Positions 48,856-61,798 of a DNA stretch of 64,000 nucleotides are shown in pieces. The notes under the pieces are model-generated. The model saw only the letters and a list, made by a program, of their open reading frames with translations. It had not been told where the DNA came from and made no database searches. Positions within the stretch are counted from its first letter, which is position 1. Each line of letters starts with the position of its first letter. Origin of the DNA: Glaucostegus cemiculus (Eukaryota). Made by a program: the position numbers and the translations under genes. Where the stretch lies: the NCBI GenBank assembly GCA_976551045.1, contig CDPCPM010000241.1, positions 6,448,001 through 6,512,000 of the forward strand, in the 5' to 3' direction.

Positions 48856-50839
48856 GTCTCATGGCCATTTTTACAGTTTTGTTTTCACTATTGAAAATTA
48901 CAAGTTGGGTAGATGAATAAGATTTTATAGTGCAGATAAATCCTTAGATGTTTCATCTTTGTGTGGATTTCTTAGTCACGGTTCCATTTAATTAGCTACA
49001 ATTTTATGTCCTAAGGCAAAAGCAAGTCAGAATTCATGTGATAGAGGAAAGTACAGTTGAAGCACTAGGTGAATAAGATGAGTAGTGATATTACCAGCAA
49101 GGAGCTACTAAGAATCCATTAAAAACAATCAACCAAACACAGGTTGTCAACAAAATATACCAATAAAAGAAAGTAGAAAAGGTACTGATAAAGTTATTTG
49201 GAATGATTATCACAAAGACATTCCTTTCATTATCATTGGTTTCACTATTAAAATAATGATCTATTGAAAATTAAGATTGTAACAGAATAGTAAAAACTTT
49301 TCAGGAAAATGATTGAATTTGCATATTATCTATGTTTAAAATGGATCTTGTGTCTGTTTGAATGTCTTTGAATAATGGGCTTTCAGAAATAATAAGTTTC
49401 TAATATTACAAACCTATTATTTGTAGGCTGGTGTCTTCACCCCTATGGGTCATTGGAAACTTCTATTTTAACCAGTTTATTTTTCTTTAAATAAAGCATC
49501 AGAATTCAATAAGGCACAACCCCTTCACCTTTTTCTGAGATGACATTTCTTGGGCAAAGTAAATTTACATTTTTCAGAAATTCAAAATGTGTGTAAAACA
49601 AATAAAATTTTAGAAATTGACTTCATAAATTTTATAATCTCTAATATAAGTGTTCTCAACAATTATATCTTGCTTATTCATACTGACTAAACTTTGGAAA
49701 TTAATTATTCTAACATCAAGTTAGGAGTAAAGGTTTTGAATAAAAGTAAGCATGCTAAAATGTTGTAGTCATATTTGGCAAAGAAACATGTACAAATCAG
49801 TTTAATCATTTCCTTTAGATTTGCACATTGAACCTATGGGTCACATAGGAACAGAGCTGGTAACCCATGATAATGAGGACATCAGTTGATTGCATTATCT
49901 ATTGTTTACAATGTGCATTTATCATTCACCTGCAGTGAGAAAGCAAAGCAATGTACATTTTCCAGGATCCATTAGGAAAACAATGCTATAGTTCTTTTCC
50001 AAACTTTTCAATCCTTAAAGTGGTGAACTAAATTTCATTTGTATCCCCATTCTCTTAACAATCTTTGTAGCCCCAACTTCAAGCCTATAATTTACCGTAA
50101 GCAATCTAAATGCCATTTGCATTGCTTAAGGAATGTAAAACATCACAGGGTAATTTTGTTTGAATTTTTCTTAATTAGCCACTTGTAAGTACCTGACTCA
50201 TTAACTGCATTGCCATTCACTCTGCATCTTTAATGAGAAGCTAGTTTCTGCTGCTGACATGCACAGCTTGATAGAAGCCTTTGAATTTAGAAATTGTAAT
50301 CAAGATCATCTTATAAACTTGAAGATCAAATTTTCCATTATTTGTTAATTATTGGGGTATAAATCATTCTCACGAGGTCAATGGTGTGTCTTTTCCTTGA
50401 ACCACCACAGTTATTTTGGTGATGCTACTGCTGTTATTTTTGGGAATTTTAAGTCTCGAGTACGTTAGCAACAATTCATAAACAATCAAAGTTATTTCAG
50501 TAACTATCATCACATTGGCTCCTAGATCTACTGGATTAATCAGTTGGATTATGGGATTGACTATGCTTGATCTTTGACTCTGACTGCATTGGACATATTA
50601 GGACGTGCTATCTCATGTCGTATTAGACGCTCCATTTGTCAATTTATCTATTTTCAGAATGTGGGTCGCAGTTACTGGTTTCCTTGTGTTTTTTCTCCCT
50701 TGAAGAGGGTAGCAGATGTTCTTAGTGCACACATAATGGTGATAAGTATTTTGACCCCGCCTGATGAAGGGATGTCACATATGTCCAAATGAGAACAGTT
50801 TTATCTATGACGTAATATGATCTCTGCCCCAGTAAGGAA

Positions 50840-51950
50840 TCATTCAATCGTGACCATATGGGAAGAGACATTTGGCCCATCAAATCTGTCCTTGCTTCTC
50901 AATCCAATTCTCCTGCTCTTTTGTCATAGCTGTAGCCCTGAGAAATATTATTTCCTTTATGTGCCTATCCAGTTCCCTTTAGAAAGCCTGAATGACTCTG
51001 TTTGCACCACACTTACTGGCAGTCAGTTCCAAATCATATCTGAAGGCCAACATTTTAAATCTGTGTCTCCTGGTCCTTGAATTATCTGCTAAAGGAAATG
51101 GATCAAACCTATCTTGATCTTGATGCGATGGATAACCAAAGGGAAGCTTGTTATTCACTATGGAAGAACTTGTGGCATTGCTGGGTGTTATTGGAATGAG
51201 ACTGTATTGTATTACCAAGTGTCTGCAGCACCTCCATGCGATGTTTACGTTCCCTTCACGTAGCCTCCCATCTCTCTTCAACTAACTTTATCAACATATC
51301 CTTCTGCTCCTTTCTAACTTAGACTGAAATAGCTTCTATGCTATTAGCCTCACTGATCCACGTGGTAACAAAATCCACATTCTAGCTTCTCTCTAAATCA
51401 AGCCATTATTTTCTGAATTCCCCATTAGATTTATCTTTGGCCCCAAATACTAGTGCTGTATTTGAGTGGAAACATCCCTACACCCACTCTACTAAACCGT
51501 TTCAGAATCTTAAAGGTGGCTCCTGGTAAACTCAGTCTATTTTTTTGTTGAAGAAATATCTCTAGTCTGTGCAACCTTTCCCAAGGGATTTAACCCCTAA
51601 ACATTAGTAATCCTTTCTCTTGTTCCTCTAAAACCTTTTCCTAGTGTGGATTGAGAATAGGTCACATTTAATCCAAGGTTCTATGCAAATTCAACATAAC
51701 TTCTCTGCATTTTGGTTTTATTCTATTTTTTTCTGAACTGTGCTTAAACAATACTTTACAATACTTGGCTTTTTTTAAACATACGTCACCCCTGGATATC
51801 TGTATCCTCAGATTGCTCTATTCCTCCACCAAACTTGGACACTTCCAAGGGTTATTTGGCCTCCTTATCCTGCATACCAACATGTATCACCAAACTTTAT
51901 TTTACATTGGTGTTCAATAGCCAATTACATGCTCATTCTTTAAGTTAATG
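50840..51950 (-). mobile_element. Old CR1 fragments
   Basis: Reverse tail GACATTTGGCCCATCAA; minus ORF DRFDPFPLADNSRTRRHRFK. Confidence 0.55.
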
Positions 51951-52670
51951 AAATGTGGCTTTATGCAGGGGAGATCGTCTCACAAACTTGATTGATTTTT
52001 TTGAGGAGGTAACAAAGATTGATGAGGGTCGAGCAGTGGATGTTATCTAGATCGATTTGAGTAAGATGCTTGACAAGGTCCCTCATAAGATGCCCATGCT
52101 GAATTGGATTAAAAATTGGCTTGGTCGTAGAAGATATAAGGTAGTGGTGGAGGGACTTTATTCTGACTTAAGGTTGTGACCAGTGTTGTTTTTAAGGATC
52201 GGTGCTGGACCTCTTTTGTTTGTGTACACACAAGTGATTTGGACAAAAATGTCGGTGGTCTGATTAGCAGGTTTGTGGATGAAACAAAAATTGGTTGAAT
52301 TGTGGATAGTAAGGAAAGTTGTCAAGGGATACAGCAAGATATAAATCAGTTAAGAACTTGAGCAGAGAGATGGAGTTTTAGCTGGACAAATGTGAGGTGA
52401 TGCGTTTTGCGAGGAACATGTACAGTAAATGGCAGGACCTTTGGGAGCATTGATGTACAGAGAGAGATTGGGTTGCAAGTCCATAGCTCCCTGAAAGTGG
52501 CAACACAGTGGATAGGGTGGTAAAGAAGGTGTACAGCATGCTTGTCTTCATTGGTTGGTGCCTTAAGTATTGTAGCTAAATAAAATTTTGGTTAGGCCGC
52601 ATTTGTAGTATTATGTGCAGTTCTGGTTCACCAGGATGTTCCCTGGATTAGAGAGATTAGGTATGAGCCA
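51951..52670 (+). mobile_element. CR1 RT fragment
   Basis: LTNLIDFFEEVT, RAVDVI, GSVLDLFCL, SRFVDETKIG (KFADDTKIG-like), YYVQFWF. Confidence 0.85.
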
Positions 52671-52909
52671 TGTTCCTGAATCACTGCAGTCCTTCTGTTG
52701 AAGATACCCCCCCAGTTCTGTTGGGTACAGTCTTCCAGGATTTAGACTCTGGCCATATATTTCCAAGTCAGACTGGTGTGAAAATTGCTGGATAGCTTCC
52801 ACGAAAAGAGAAATTGTTAAAGTTTCAGATTATCATCAGATTTGGGAGATTAAACCAGTTTTAAAATGCAGAGCAGGAAGGAAAGTCTGGGCTGAATGTA
52901 GATTATCTA

Positions 52910-53095
52910 AGTGCAGATGCTTTAAATCTGAAATCAAAGCGAAAAATGCTAGAAACATTCAGCAGGGCATATGTAGAAAGAGAAACAAGAGTTAACATTC
53001 CTGGCCTGATGAAGGGTCTTTGATTTGAAACGTTAACTCTGTTTATCTTTCCACAGTTTGAGTCTGACTGAATGGTTTCCAGCACTTCCCATGTT
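52910..53095. mobile_element. Fold-back PLE terminal-repeat element
   Basis: Left arm GCAGATGC...GAAACAAGAGTTAAC; right arm GTTAACTCTGTTT...TTTCCAGCA around a hammerhead core. Confidence 0.75.
53001..53039 (+). ncRNA. Hammerhead ribozyme motif, core intact but stems weakened
   Basis: CUGAUGA (53006-53012) / A / GGGUC-UUU-GAUUU / GAAA / CGUU / AACUC; stem II is mostly G-U pairs and the local 5' strand of stem I is lost. Confidence 0.5.
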
Positions 53096-54390
53096 ACATT
53101 ATAAGTCATTGACTTAGCTCTTGGAGGCTAACCTGGTATTTGGAAAAGAACATTTCCTCCATGTTATTCATTATAAAATCACAAATACATTCCCTATGAA
53201 TGCATTCATTTAATACATTTATGTTTCTGTATTTACAAATACCTCATATCCTGCTGCCTGTCTGTCAATACGTACAACTGATGATTTGAGGTTTGCCTGG
53301 ATAAAGGCAACCATTTTGTGCTGAAGGTTTTTTTATGGTGCAGTGATTGAGTACTTTTTTTTTCCAGACAACAGAATTGTTAAACTGTCAAAATAAGCAA
53401 TAATTGAAAAGCTAGATTCCAACAGAGCAGCAATAAGATCATATTCAATTACTGTCATATAAGTTTTAACCTTATGATGGGTATAAGTAATCCTTAATAA
53501 ATTTAGCAATGTTTTCTCTGTGTTGCATTATAGCAGTGATTAGCTAAGCTGTCATCTTCAAGTCCCTTGTTAAATCATTCAAGGACTCCTGACGGCTGAG
53601 CAACTGCTACCTGCTCCTCTCTCTGTCCATAGATAATATGTGTGCCAGTTAGCAATAGCCACTCCAACCTAAATTTCATACTGAGATGGCTACTTTTCAA
53701 AACGATGTAATAGGAATGTCTGCACCTCCGGGGGGAGGGAAAGCATAACTGAACTGGGAAATTTTAGCAGCAGCTCAATGCACAAGCAAAAGCGGTCAGT
53801 GGATAATATTTGTGATTGAGGTAGCCATGAGCTGTAGTATGAAATCATTGAACTTGAACTGTACACTGCAGTGACAGATGGCAGGCTGTCCAGACAGGCT
53901 GTCAGCATGACAAGATAGGAAAACATTCTCTTCACAATGCAGACTAACGTGCATCCATTAACCTGCTTGGTCTGGCTACAGTCAGCCCTATTCCCAAATG
54001 CAAAGCTCTACTGTACTGGCAAAAGGAAACAAAGTGTTGGTGGATTTGTTTTGAGAGAAACACCATGTTAAAAATATCTTTACCTGTGCCTCACCTTCAC
54101 ACGGAGCTTTGGTGACCCTTTCCCTGGAAAATGCCGGGGAACAATCTTAAATGACAGGTTTATCCTGTAACATTCATATTTAAGTGGGGGGATTTGTCTT
54201 GCTTTGGATAAACTTCATCTATTCATTTTAGAATGCAGCACACACACCGGTCAGGATTGTTACTTTATTTTGTTTAAATGATCCAAATACTTTTCCATAA
54301 TGTTATTTCTGTCCCTTCATATTTACTATGAAATTTCAGAAGTTAAGCCTGTGGAGTGCATCAAGATCTCATTGCAAGTCGCTGAGTGTA

Positions 54391-54412
54391 ATATATATAT
54401 ATATATATATAT
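54391..54412. repeat. (AT)n microsatellite
   Basis: About ten AT units directly before the CpG-rich block. Confidence 0.85.
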
Positions 54413-55340
54413 CGCCGCAATTTTGTTAGTCCTTCCGCAGAGAGAAGCTCATTTTTAAATTGAGGTGGGAGGGAGGAGACACTATCTTGCGGTTCCTCCA
54501 TTTTAGACCTGTTCCCTCTCTCTGTCTGCGAGCTGCACCCAGGAGTACGCTCGCTTCTGTTGACTCGGTCTGCGGTGGAGCTGCAGTATGACTAATGAGA
54601 ACGACTGCAGCTGAACACTGAGATCGGCAGAAGCGAAGCACAAGCCCCGGGTTGCAGCTGCCGTGGCGGACACTCGCCAATGCAGTTCAATTTCTGTGCG
54701 ATTACGTCAGCGGGTTATTTGCAGCACCTGCCGGGTGGTTCCCTCTCCCTGTGTTAGGGCTGTGTGTGAGTACAGACTGCTTATGTGGCTTTCACTTCGG
54801 CCTTGGCTCGCCTGAAAGATTTTTTGTTCAAGTATTAATTTCAGCGATTTTTGCCTTTAGTTCTAACAAATAACAATTTTGAAACAAATGTATTGTAGAG
54901 CTAGAAGTTTCAAGCTCCACTGGTTTGACTCCAGTGAACCATTTTTGACTATCAGTTACCCAGCCGCTTGTGCCTGTGTCCCAGTGTGACGGGGGTTCTG
55001 GTGACCGCAGTGCAGAACAGGTTTTGCTGAGGTTCTGGTACTGAGGGGTGCTCCACCTGGCATCGCTTCAGTCCGAATCTCAGTTGCCTAAACACACATT
55101 TCGCCCTTGGAGTCGGCCCACCCCCGTAAAGTCTCCGAGCAGAGTGGGCGAAGGTCATGAACTTCCCCTCTGGATGATCAACTTGTCTTGCGGAGCGGGG
55201 CTGCTGCTCTGTTCCCTGCCGTCACAGAATCATGTGCAGCACACGGCAGACAACAGAATGCTTTCTCTTCTTTCGCATCGTTGATGGTATCAGCAGTTCT
55301 GTATCCACAATTAGAGCTGAGTTAATAAAGCGATGAGGGG
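54413..55340. promoter_or_regulatory. Intronic CpG-island-like region (candidate internal promoter or enhancer)
   Basis: Roughly 40 CpG in about 0.9 kb by hand count against strongly CpG-depleted flanks; no repeat motif recognised; CCAAT at about 54677, TTACGTCA at about 54702, GC box CCACGCCCCC at 55461-55470. Confidence 0.55.
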
Positions 55341-55834
55341 CCAAAATGACATTTAAATGAAAAATGAGGTTTACAGTAGTGAAAACAAAAATACCTTGTC
55401 GGCCCATGAACACTATTTACCTGTTGTTCATTTTCCATATCTTGTAGCTAGGGAGAGAAACCACGCCCCCAAATCTTTTGAATTAAAATTGCGTCATCCA
55501 CATTGTTAATGATTAAAATATTTTAAAACATTTATGGGAACAGAATGACTTTGCTAATTGCCACGGCACTGGCTTCAGCCCTGGCTAGATGGGTGGAAGT
55601 AATGTAACGTGTAATTAGCCATTGAGTGATGACTGTTGTAAATTTGATGGGGATTTAAGGGGTGCGCCCTTAACAATACCAATAAAGGAACATCTTTATT
55701 GATATTTACCCGAACTAATTAAGCTTTCAATGTGTATGCATTTTGCTGGACCAAGTCTGTAAAGAGATTTTCTTCTGCAGAAAAGAAACATGATCTCAGC
55801 AATGTTGTTATACATACAATAATATGTACATAAG

Positions 55835-56230
55835 TGTTAGGACCAGGAGTAGACCATTTCAGCCCCAGGAATCTGATCTGCCATTTAATAAGATCATGGC
55901 TGATCTGATTGTAACCTCAACTCTACATTCCTGTACAACTTGGTGACCATTCCACTCAATTGCTTATCAAGAATTTTTCTTATCTCTGCCTTAAAAATAT
56001 TCAGATATATTCTACTTTCACCTACACTTGCAGAAGAGGGTTCCAAAGACTCGTGATGTCCAGAGATGCTTTGTCTCTGTCTTAAATGAGCCACCCCTTA
56101 TGTTTAAAGTGACCCTCTAATTCTAGATTCTACCACAAGAGGAAACATTCTCTCCACATCTACCCTATCGAGACTCTTCAGAAACTACGTATTTCAATCA
56201 GGTCACCTCTTACTGTTCTAAATCCTAGCA
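55835..56230 (-). mobile_element. CR1 LINE 3' end
   Basis: TAGGACCAGGAGTAGACCATT...AATAAGATCATGGCTGATCTG...ACAAGAGGAAACATTCTCTCCACATCTACCCTATC. Confidence 0.8.
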
Positions 56231-57212
56231 GAAATAAAAGCTCAGCCAGAAGTATCATTCAGTTATAATTATATTGAATGACTTTAATCCAGGAGTATGT
56301 GTGTACAAGATTAAATTAGACTGCATTCATCTTGTACCTTGTTTAAATACTTCACATAAAAATCTAAGAGTATGTTTTCCTCTTCCATTTGAGTTCTTTA
56401 AGAATAAAAGTTAAACTTTGAAAGAAACAGAAAACTGATACAACGTGTAAATGTTCTACTGGCAGCTCTGAGAGGGAAGAGCTTTGCATATGTACATTGG
56501 TACCTGGACAGACAGACAAAAGGCATCTTGTCTCATCCAAATTTGAGTTCTTTAAAAGAAGCTTTCAAAAGCTTTTGAATCAAATGGGAAAGTGATAACT
56601 AGATAAAGGATTGGCAGCTTTTAATCTTTCTCCATCCATTCTTGGAAGAACCATACCAATAAATGTAACTTCCAGTTCTTAGTGGTTTGTACTCCCACTT
56701 CATTAAGCTATAACTACCTCAACTTCCACTTAACCGGAAGGAGAAGAAAAAGACGAAGAAAAGCAGGACAATTAAAAAAGACAGAAAATCAGATTTAAAG
56801 ATGATAGATAGAAAAAACATGAAGAAGATAGCAGAAGGTAAGGGGGCAGGAGAGATTACATATTCTAATTTACCACAGATGTACTAATATACAAGATACA
56901 CAGAATTCCTGAACTGGCACTGTTTTAATGGAGCCAATGGCAGTGCTACAATTGTAATACTTGATATTCTTCTACTTCTCCACCAGGTGACACTAATTAC
57001 TCTTGTAGTAGAAGTTATAGCAATGCCTTATTTTTTATCTAGATGTTGCACTGTAATCTGCTAGTTACAACAAATAGCTGGAAGACAAGCCCATTTAATT
57101 TTTTCTCCATGCAGTATATCAATAAAGGACACGGGGTGTGGATGACTTCTGCACCTTTCTACAACCAGAGAACCCAGGTGCCAAATCTTGACTCTATGGC
57201 TCTCATTAAACG

Positions 57213-57500
57213 TAAGAAATAGGAGCAGGAGTAGCCCATATGGCCCGTCAATCTGACTCTCCCATTCAATGAGATTATGGTCAATCTGATTCTGGCTTCA
57301 ACTCCAATATCCTGCCTGTTACTCGTAATGATCAATTCCCCTACAGACAAATAAAATTGTATTGAATATATTCAGTCCTTCAACCCTTCATAGTTCTCCA
57401 GTGTAGAGAATTCTAAAGATTCACTACCCTTTGATAGAATCAATTCCTCCTCGTCTCTGCTTTAAATGAGTTACCCTTGTGATTCCTAGTTTGATTTTTG
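57213..57500 (-). mobile_element. CR1 LINE 3' end
   Basis: TAAGAAATAGGAGCAGGAGTAGCCCAT...CCATTCAATGAGATTATGG...AGAGAATTCTAAAGATTCAC. Confidence 0.75.
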
Positions 57501-58329
57501 ACCCTAATTTCTTATGTTTAGCTAGGTCCCATTCATACTCATATATTAACCTAATCCTCCCCCTCCCCCTTAGTCACCCGATCAACCAAACCCACGAGTT
57601 CTTACGTGTGTAGTAAAATGTTATGAACATTAGGTGCCTTTTGGAAAAATCCTGAGGAATGAGATTTCCTTGCACCTTATCTGCCATGGATTTATGGAAT
57701 GCGTAGGAGTCTCTGTTTTAGGATTTGACTTTGCATCCTCAGGATCCTCTTTCCTGCAGTTCTTACTTGAAACTTGTTCATCTTTTATGTAAGAGGAGGC
57801 ACTAGAAAAAGTGTAACTCCTGTTTGGACTGGAAAGGCAGCAAAATTGCTGATGAGATTAAAGTTTTGTGGGGAGGGAAACTGGCAGAAGAATCTAACCA
57901 TGCCCTATTTTGCCCCCCGACCCCCGACCCCAACACTACAGATTGTGGTAGTGCATATTTTTGCTGCAGCTAATGTCTGCAGCATTGCATGAATGCTGGT
58001 TTTGAGTTGCCGTATTTGTTCTGAGTCTCTTCCTTCTGCATGATTGTAAAGCTGCACAGCACAATGGATGATGTCCTGGGGGAAGAAGATGGAACTTAGT
58101 TTTCAAAAGGACTGTGCAGTGGTCACTTCTACCATTGCTGCCATGGGCAGTTGCATCTGGTGAGGAGAGAGTCAGGTCGGTTTATCCCTTGTGTTGATTT
58201 GCTCACTACCTGCTGCAGACCCTGAATGGCTGCTATCTCCTTCAGGACTCAGTGAGAGGACACCTAGCTTAAAACTGACTCTTGCTAATGGATGTTGAAA
58301 TCTTCCATCCTGAGTACATTACCTGCTCT

Positions 58330-58700
58330 CACTAATTTTACTGCCATTCCCAATTATTGTTCAACAAGGAGGAGAGTGTCTAGATTGTGGTGGAGGAGGA
58401 CTGATTCATCAGCAGAGGAAGAATGGTGGTAATCAAGAGTGGTTTCACAGCCCACATTTGACCTAATGTCACGAGACTTCATGAGGTCTGGAGTCAAATG
58501 TTGAATACTAATATACACACACCACTGGCAAGTCTGTCCTGCTTGTGGAATGTTATATACCCAGTTACTGCAAAGAAGGAGTCTGGCATGATGTATGTTG
58601 TATGATTCAGTGATTAAGAATATATTCGCTATTGCTTAACTAGTCTGCAGAACACTGTTCCATTTAGACACCTATCTCCAGATGGTTACGAGGAGGACCA
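58330..58700 (-). mobile_element. Old LINE endonuclease-region fragment
   Basis: Minus strand GGGTATATAACATTCCACAAGCAGGACAGACTTGCCAGTGGTG gives GY...HKQDR...G, similar to the LINE EN GY....R.DR...GGG motif. Confidence 0.4.
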
Positions 58701-58799
58701 CATCTGGATTCATTATTACAAATAAAACTTTTTTTAAAATTGTTAACTGAAGTTAAATTCCATTGTTCAAAGTGGGATTTGAAATCTTGTCTCTGAGTT

Positions 58800-59047
58800 G
58801 GAAGTGTGGATGTTCTTCCCTTGACTGCATGGGTTTCCTTTGGATGCTCTAGTTCCTCCTACATCCCAAAGGCATGCAGGTTGGTAGGTTAATTGGTCAC
58901 TGTAAATTGCTCCTAGTGTATAGGTGAGTGGTAGAAGCTGTGAGAGTTGATGACAATGTAGGATTAGTGAAAGTGGTTGGTTGACGGTTGGCATGGACTC
59001 GGTGGGACAAAGGGCCTATTTCTATGCTATATCTTTCTATGATTCTA
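58800..59047 (+). mobile_element. V-SINE (5'-truncated) with a CR1-type tail
   Basis: TGACTGCATGGGTTTCCTTTGGATGCTCTAGTTCCTCCTACATCCCAAAG...GGTGGGACAAAGGGCCTATTTCTATGCT. Confidence 0.8.
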
Positions 59048-61745
59048 GTTGTCAGTTTTGGTCTTACTCACTGCACCAACATCATACCAAGTTATAAGTT
59101 TTTACTGCTTTTTGGACTTCCAGACCCTAAAGCAATCTCAGGTTGAGGAAAAGGTTTCACGTGCTGTTGCCAGAAGTCTCTCTGTTAGATCATATTCCTG
59201 TAATTGCTGCTTATTTACATATTCCAGTGATGCCTGTTAAGAAAATACATATTTTCATTGAACAAAAACTTTCTTCGAGATACTGATGCTGTCTTTAAAT
59301 TAAGCAAGAGCTCTCTAAGAAAAAGTAACAGTTATTAGCAGAGTAAAATACACAAAAAAGCTTGAGAAGCATACTCTGCCACAAACAGCAGTACCAGTAT
59401 TTTCCAGATTGGTAGCTTTGTTTAAACCTTGATTGATTTTTTTTAGAAACTTATTTTTTAATATTGCTGGTAGTCCAGGAGAGGTAAGGAGAATAATGCC
59501 CAAAGCCTAGTTCCAGCACTGAGAAAAGTTGTTCTATTTATATTTCCCACCTTTTGTATTTCAACTGTAATGATCAATTCCATACCTTTCAAAACATGAC
59601 CAATTTGTTAAATTCAGTGGTTCTGTACTCATTTCATTGTGAATAGATTGGTTCTTCACAGACCACTCAAGCAATTTGAAATCCATGTCTCTACAGAAAT
59701 ATTTGTTTGTTTAGAATAAAAAATTGAGCTGCACTTCACAACCAATCATTTAACTACAAAGAGTGAAAATAAAAAAGGATATTTTTTCATATTTTAGATA
59801 CTAATTACTTATCATGAATTTAGACATTTTCTTGGAACTTTTACTTCATATATATTTCTCTGCTTTTCATATACTTAGTACCGAACAATGCTCCTAATCT
59901 CCTTTGTTGGTTGCCTGTTCAAGGTAACATGGTCTAGATTGGAAATTTATTGTGATTTACCCTAAAGTATTCAGGTAAAACCCATTGAACCTTGTGATAT
60001 TTTTAAAATTCCTCCCATCTTTTTAACCTAAATTGCTTTGGTTACTTTTTTCATCTCCTGTATATATTAAGCATGTCAGTTAACTTTGTTTCAATGGAAT
60101 TCCTGTAGCCCTTTTGCAAAGAAGTCAGCCCTGCATTTACTGTCAGCTACTTTGGCCTAAAATGAGATTAGCTATTTTTCTGGAGAACGAAGAGTAATCA
60201 CTAAATGCCAAGTCAATTCCTTTCATCTTGACCGCCTTTCCCTTATCTTCAATAAAAGTTATAGTCTGGATTTGATTAATGTTTCATTTTAGCTCAGCTA
60301 GCATTCTTATTGGGGTTTATCTCTTTCTGCTTTTTTTTGGAAGTCTGCAGTTCATGCCATCTTCCATTAATCCTCAAAGCCAGTGAATTTTGGAAGACTA
60401 CAACTAATATATTTCCAGTGATTTTGCCTTGAGTGACAACATCTCGACCTGGAAAGTTGTTTGGCTTTGGTCATACCACCATTCTTCCATTTGTATTAAT
60501 CCTTATCCGTTTCTTTCTTTTACAAATCTCCCAGTTTCCCAGAACTTTTCCTATGTATTCCCTTCCATTACTCCCCTCCGCCCGCCTCTTTTATAATTAT
60601 GATTCACAGAACTTCATTAACGTGATTATAATTGGAAAAAAGACAACATTGCCTTTTCAACAATGTTGCACTTGTGCTTTATTTTATCTATCCATGTTGT
60701 ATTCATTTCCCCATATATTTACCCTGGTTCTTGAATTTTATAGGAGGTAATTTTTAATGAAAATTCCTTGTCTTTGTATTTTTTCATCCGTGTTAAAGCA
60801 CCAGACTATGAATTGCTCTTAAGCCTCTGACAGTACTACTGTAACTGGACACGAAGTGATATTAGTGACCACCCAGGCATAGCTTCAGGTTTCTTTCTGT
60901 CCATCTATGTGATAAGTCACTTTCTGCTCAGTTCAGCTAAGAGTGGTAGAAAATAGCATCTCTCTGCATTGCACAAGCAATATCATGAGAAAGCTACAAG
61001 CAGTCTGTACATTATACTCTGTCTGAGCCATCCTATCATCTGAGCAAAAATTCTGTATCTTCTTGCCCTATACCCTTGCTCAAGACATATCCAAACCACC
61101 CAAGATTTTCCTGGCAATTCCTGTGTATGACCTTTCATTCCTTGCCAGAACACTCTATGGTCCCAGGAGTTTGGAGTTTATCATGCTAACCTAGCACTAT
61201 ATTGTCCATAATTTTAATTAAATCCTTCAAACCTTTGCTGTACCAGCTGTTCATTAGACTCAAGTTAAATGTGTTATGTGACAAAATGATAAAACAATCG
61301 TAATAATTTCCTCCTTTGTATGGTAAATAATTTGTACCATGCAGCTATTTACATTATTGTTGCTTTAGTCTGCCATGGTGGATGTGTTCAAGATTTCAAG
61401 CAACATTCAAAAATGTGAAAAAATGTTGCAAGATACCCTATTGTGTCAAAGGGCCAGATGGACACTGGGGAAAAGAAGAAAAGTTCCTTCAACTGACTTT
61501 GAAACTGAATAATTCTGTGCTAACATCTTCATTTTATGTTGTCAGCAGTTTATATGAGAAGTCTGAGGATGGTGTTATACGTGTTTGTGCCATTCTGCCT
61601 ACAATAGATACAAATCTAAACTACAGAGAATAAATATAAATGCTTGCTAACATTACTTTGTGCATAATTTAATGGGGGTTAGATTGAGCATTAGAAATGG
61701 CTTTCAAATTCCTGGTTCACTTTATAGAAGCAGTAAGTCTATTCA

Positions 61746-61798
61746 AACATCTTAAATATGTACAACTGTACCATGAACATCTTAAATATGTACAACTG
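61746..61798. repeat. Perfect 23-bp direct repeat with a 7-bp spacer
   Basis: AACATCTTAAATATGTACAACTG-TACCATG-AACATCTTAAATATGTACAACTG. Confidence 0.9.

Noticed and set aside
54426-55284. Several 68-84 aa ORFs in the CpG-rich block
   Set aside because: Expected from high GC content; they overlap on both strands, use mostly non-ATG starts and show no recognisable protein motif
56714-56843. Lys/Arg-rich open stretch ending at AAG|GTAAGG, as a possible cryptic exon
   Set aside because: No good acceptor, an in-frame stop just upstream, and a phase 1 end incompatible with the phase 2 TTC7A exon at 62591
61746-61798. Direct repeat plus spacer, and similar local duplications near 8096-8132, 20805-20840 and 37315-37358, as a possible CRISPR-like array
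   Set aside because: Only two units each in a vertebrate intron; ordinary slippage or repair duplications
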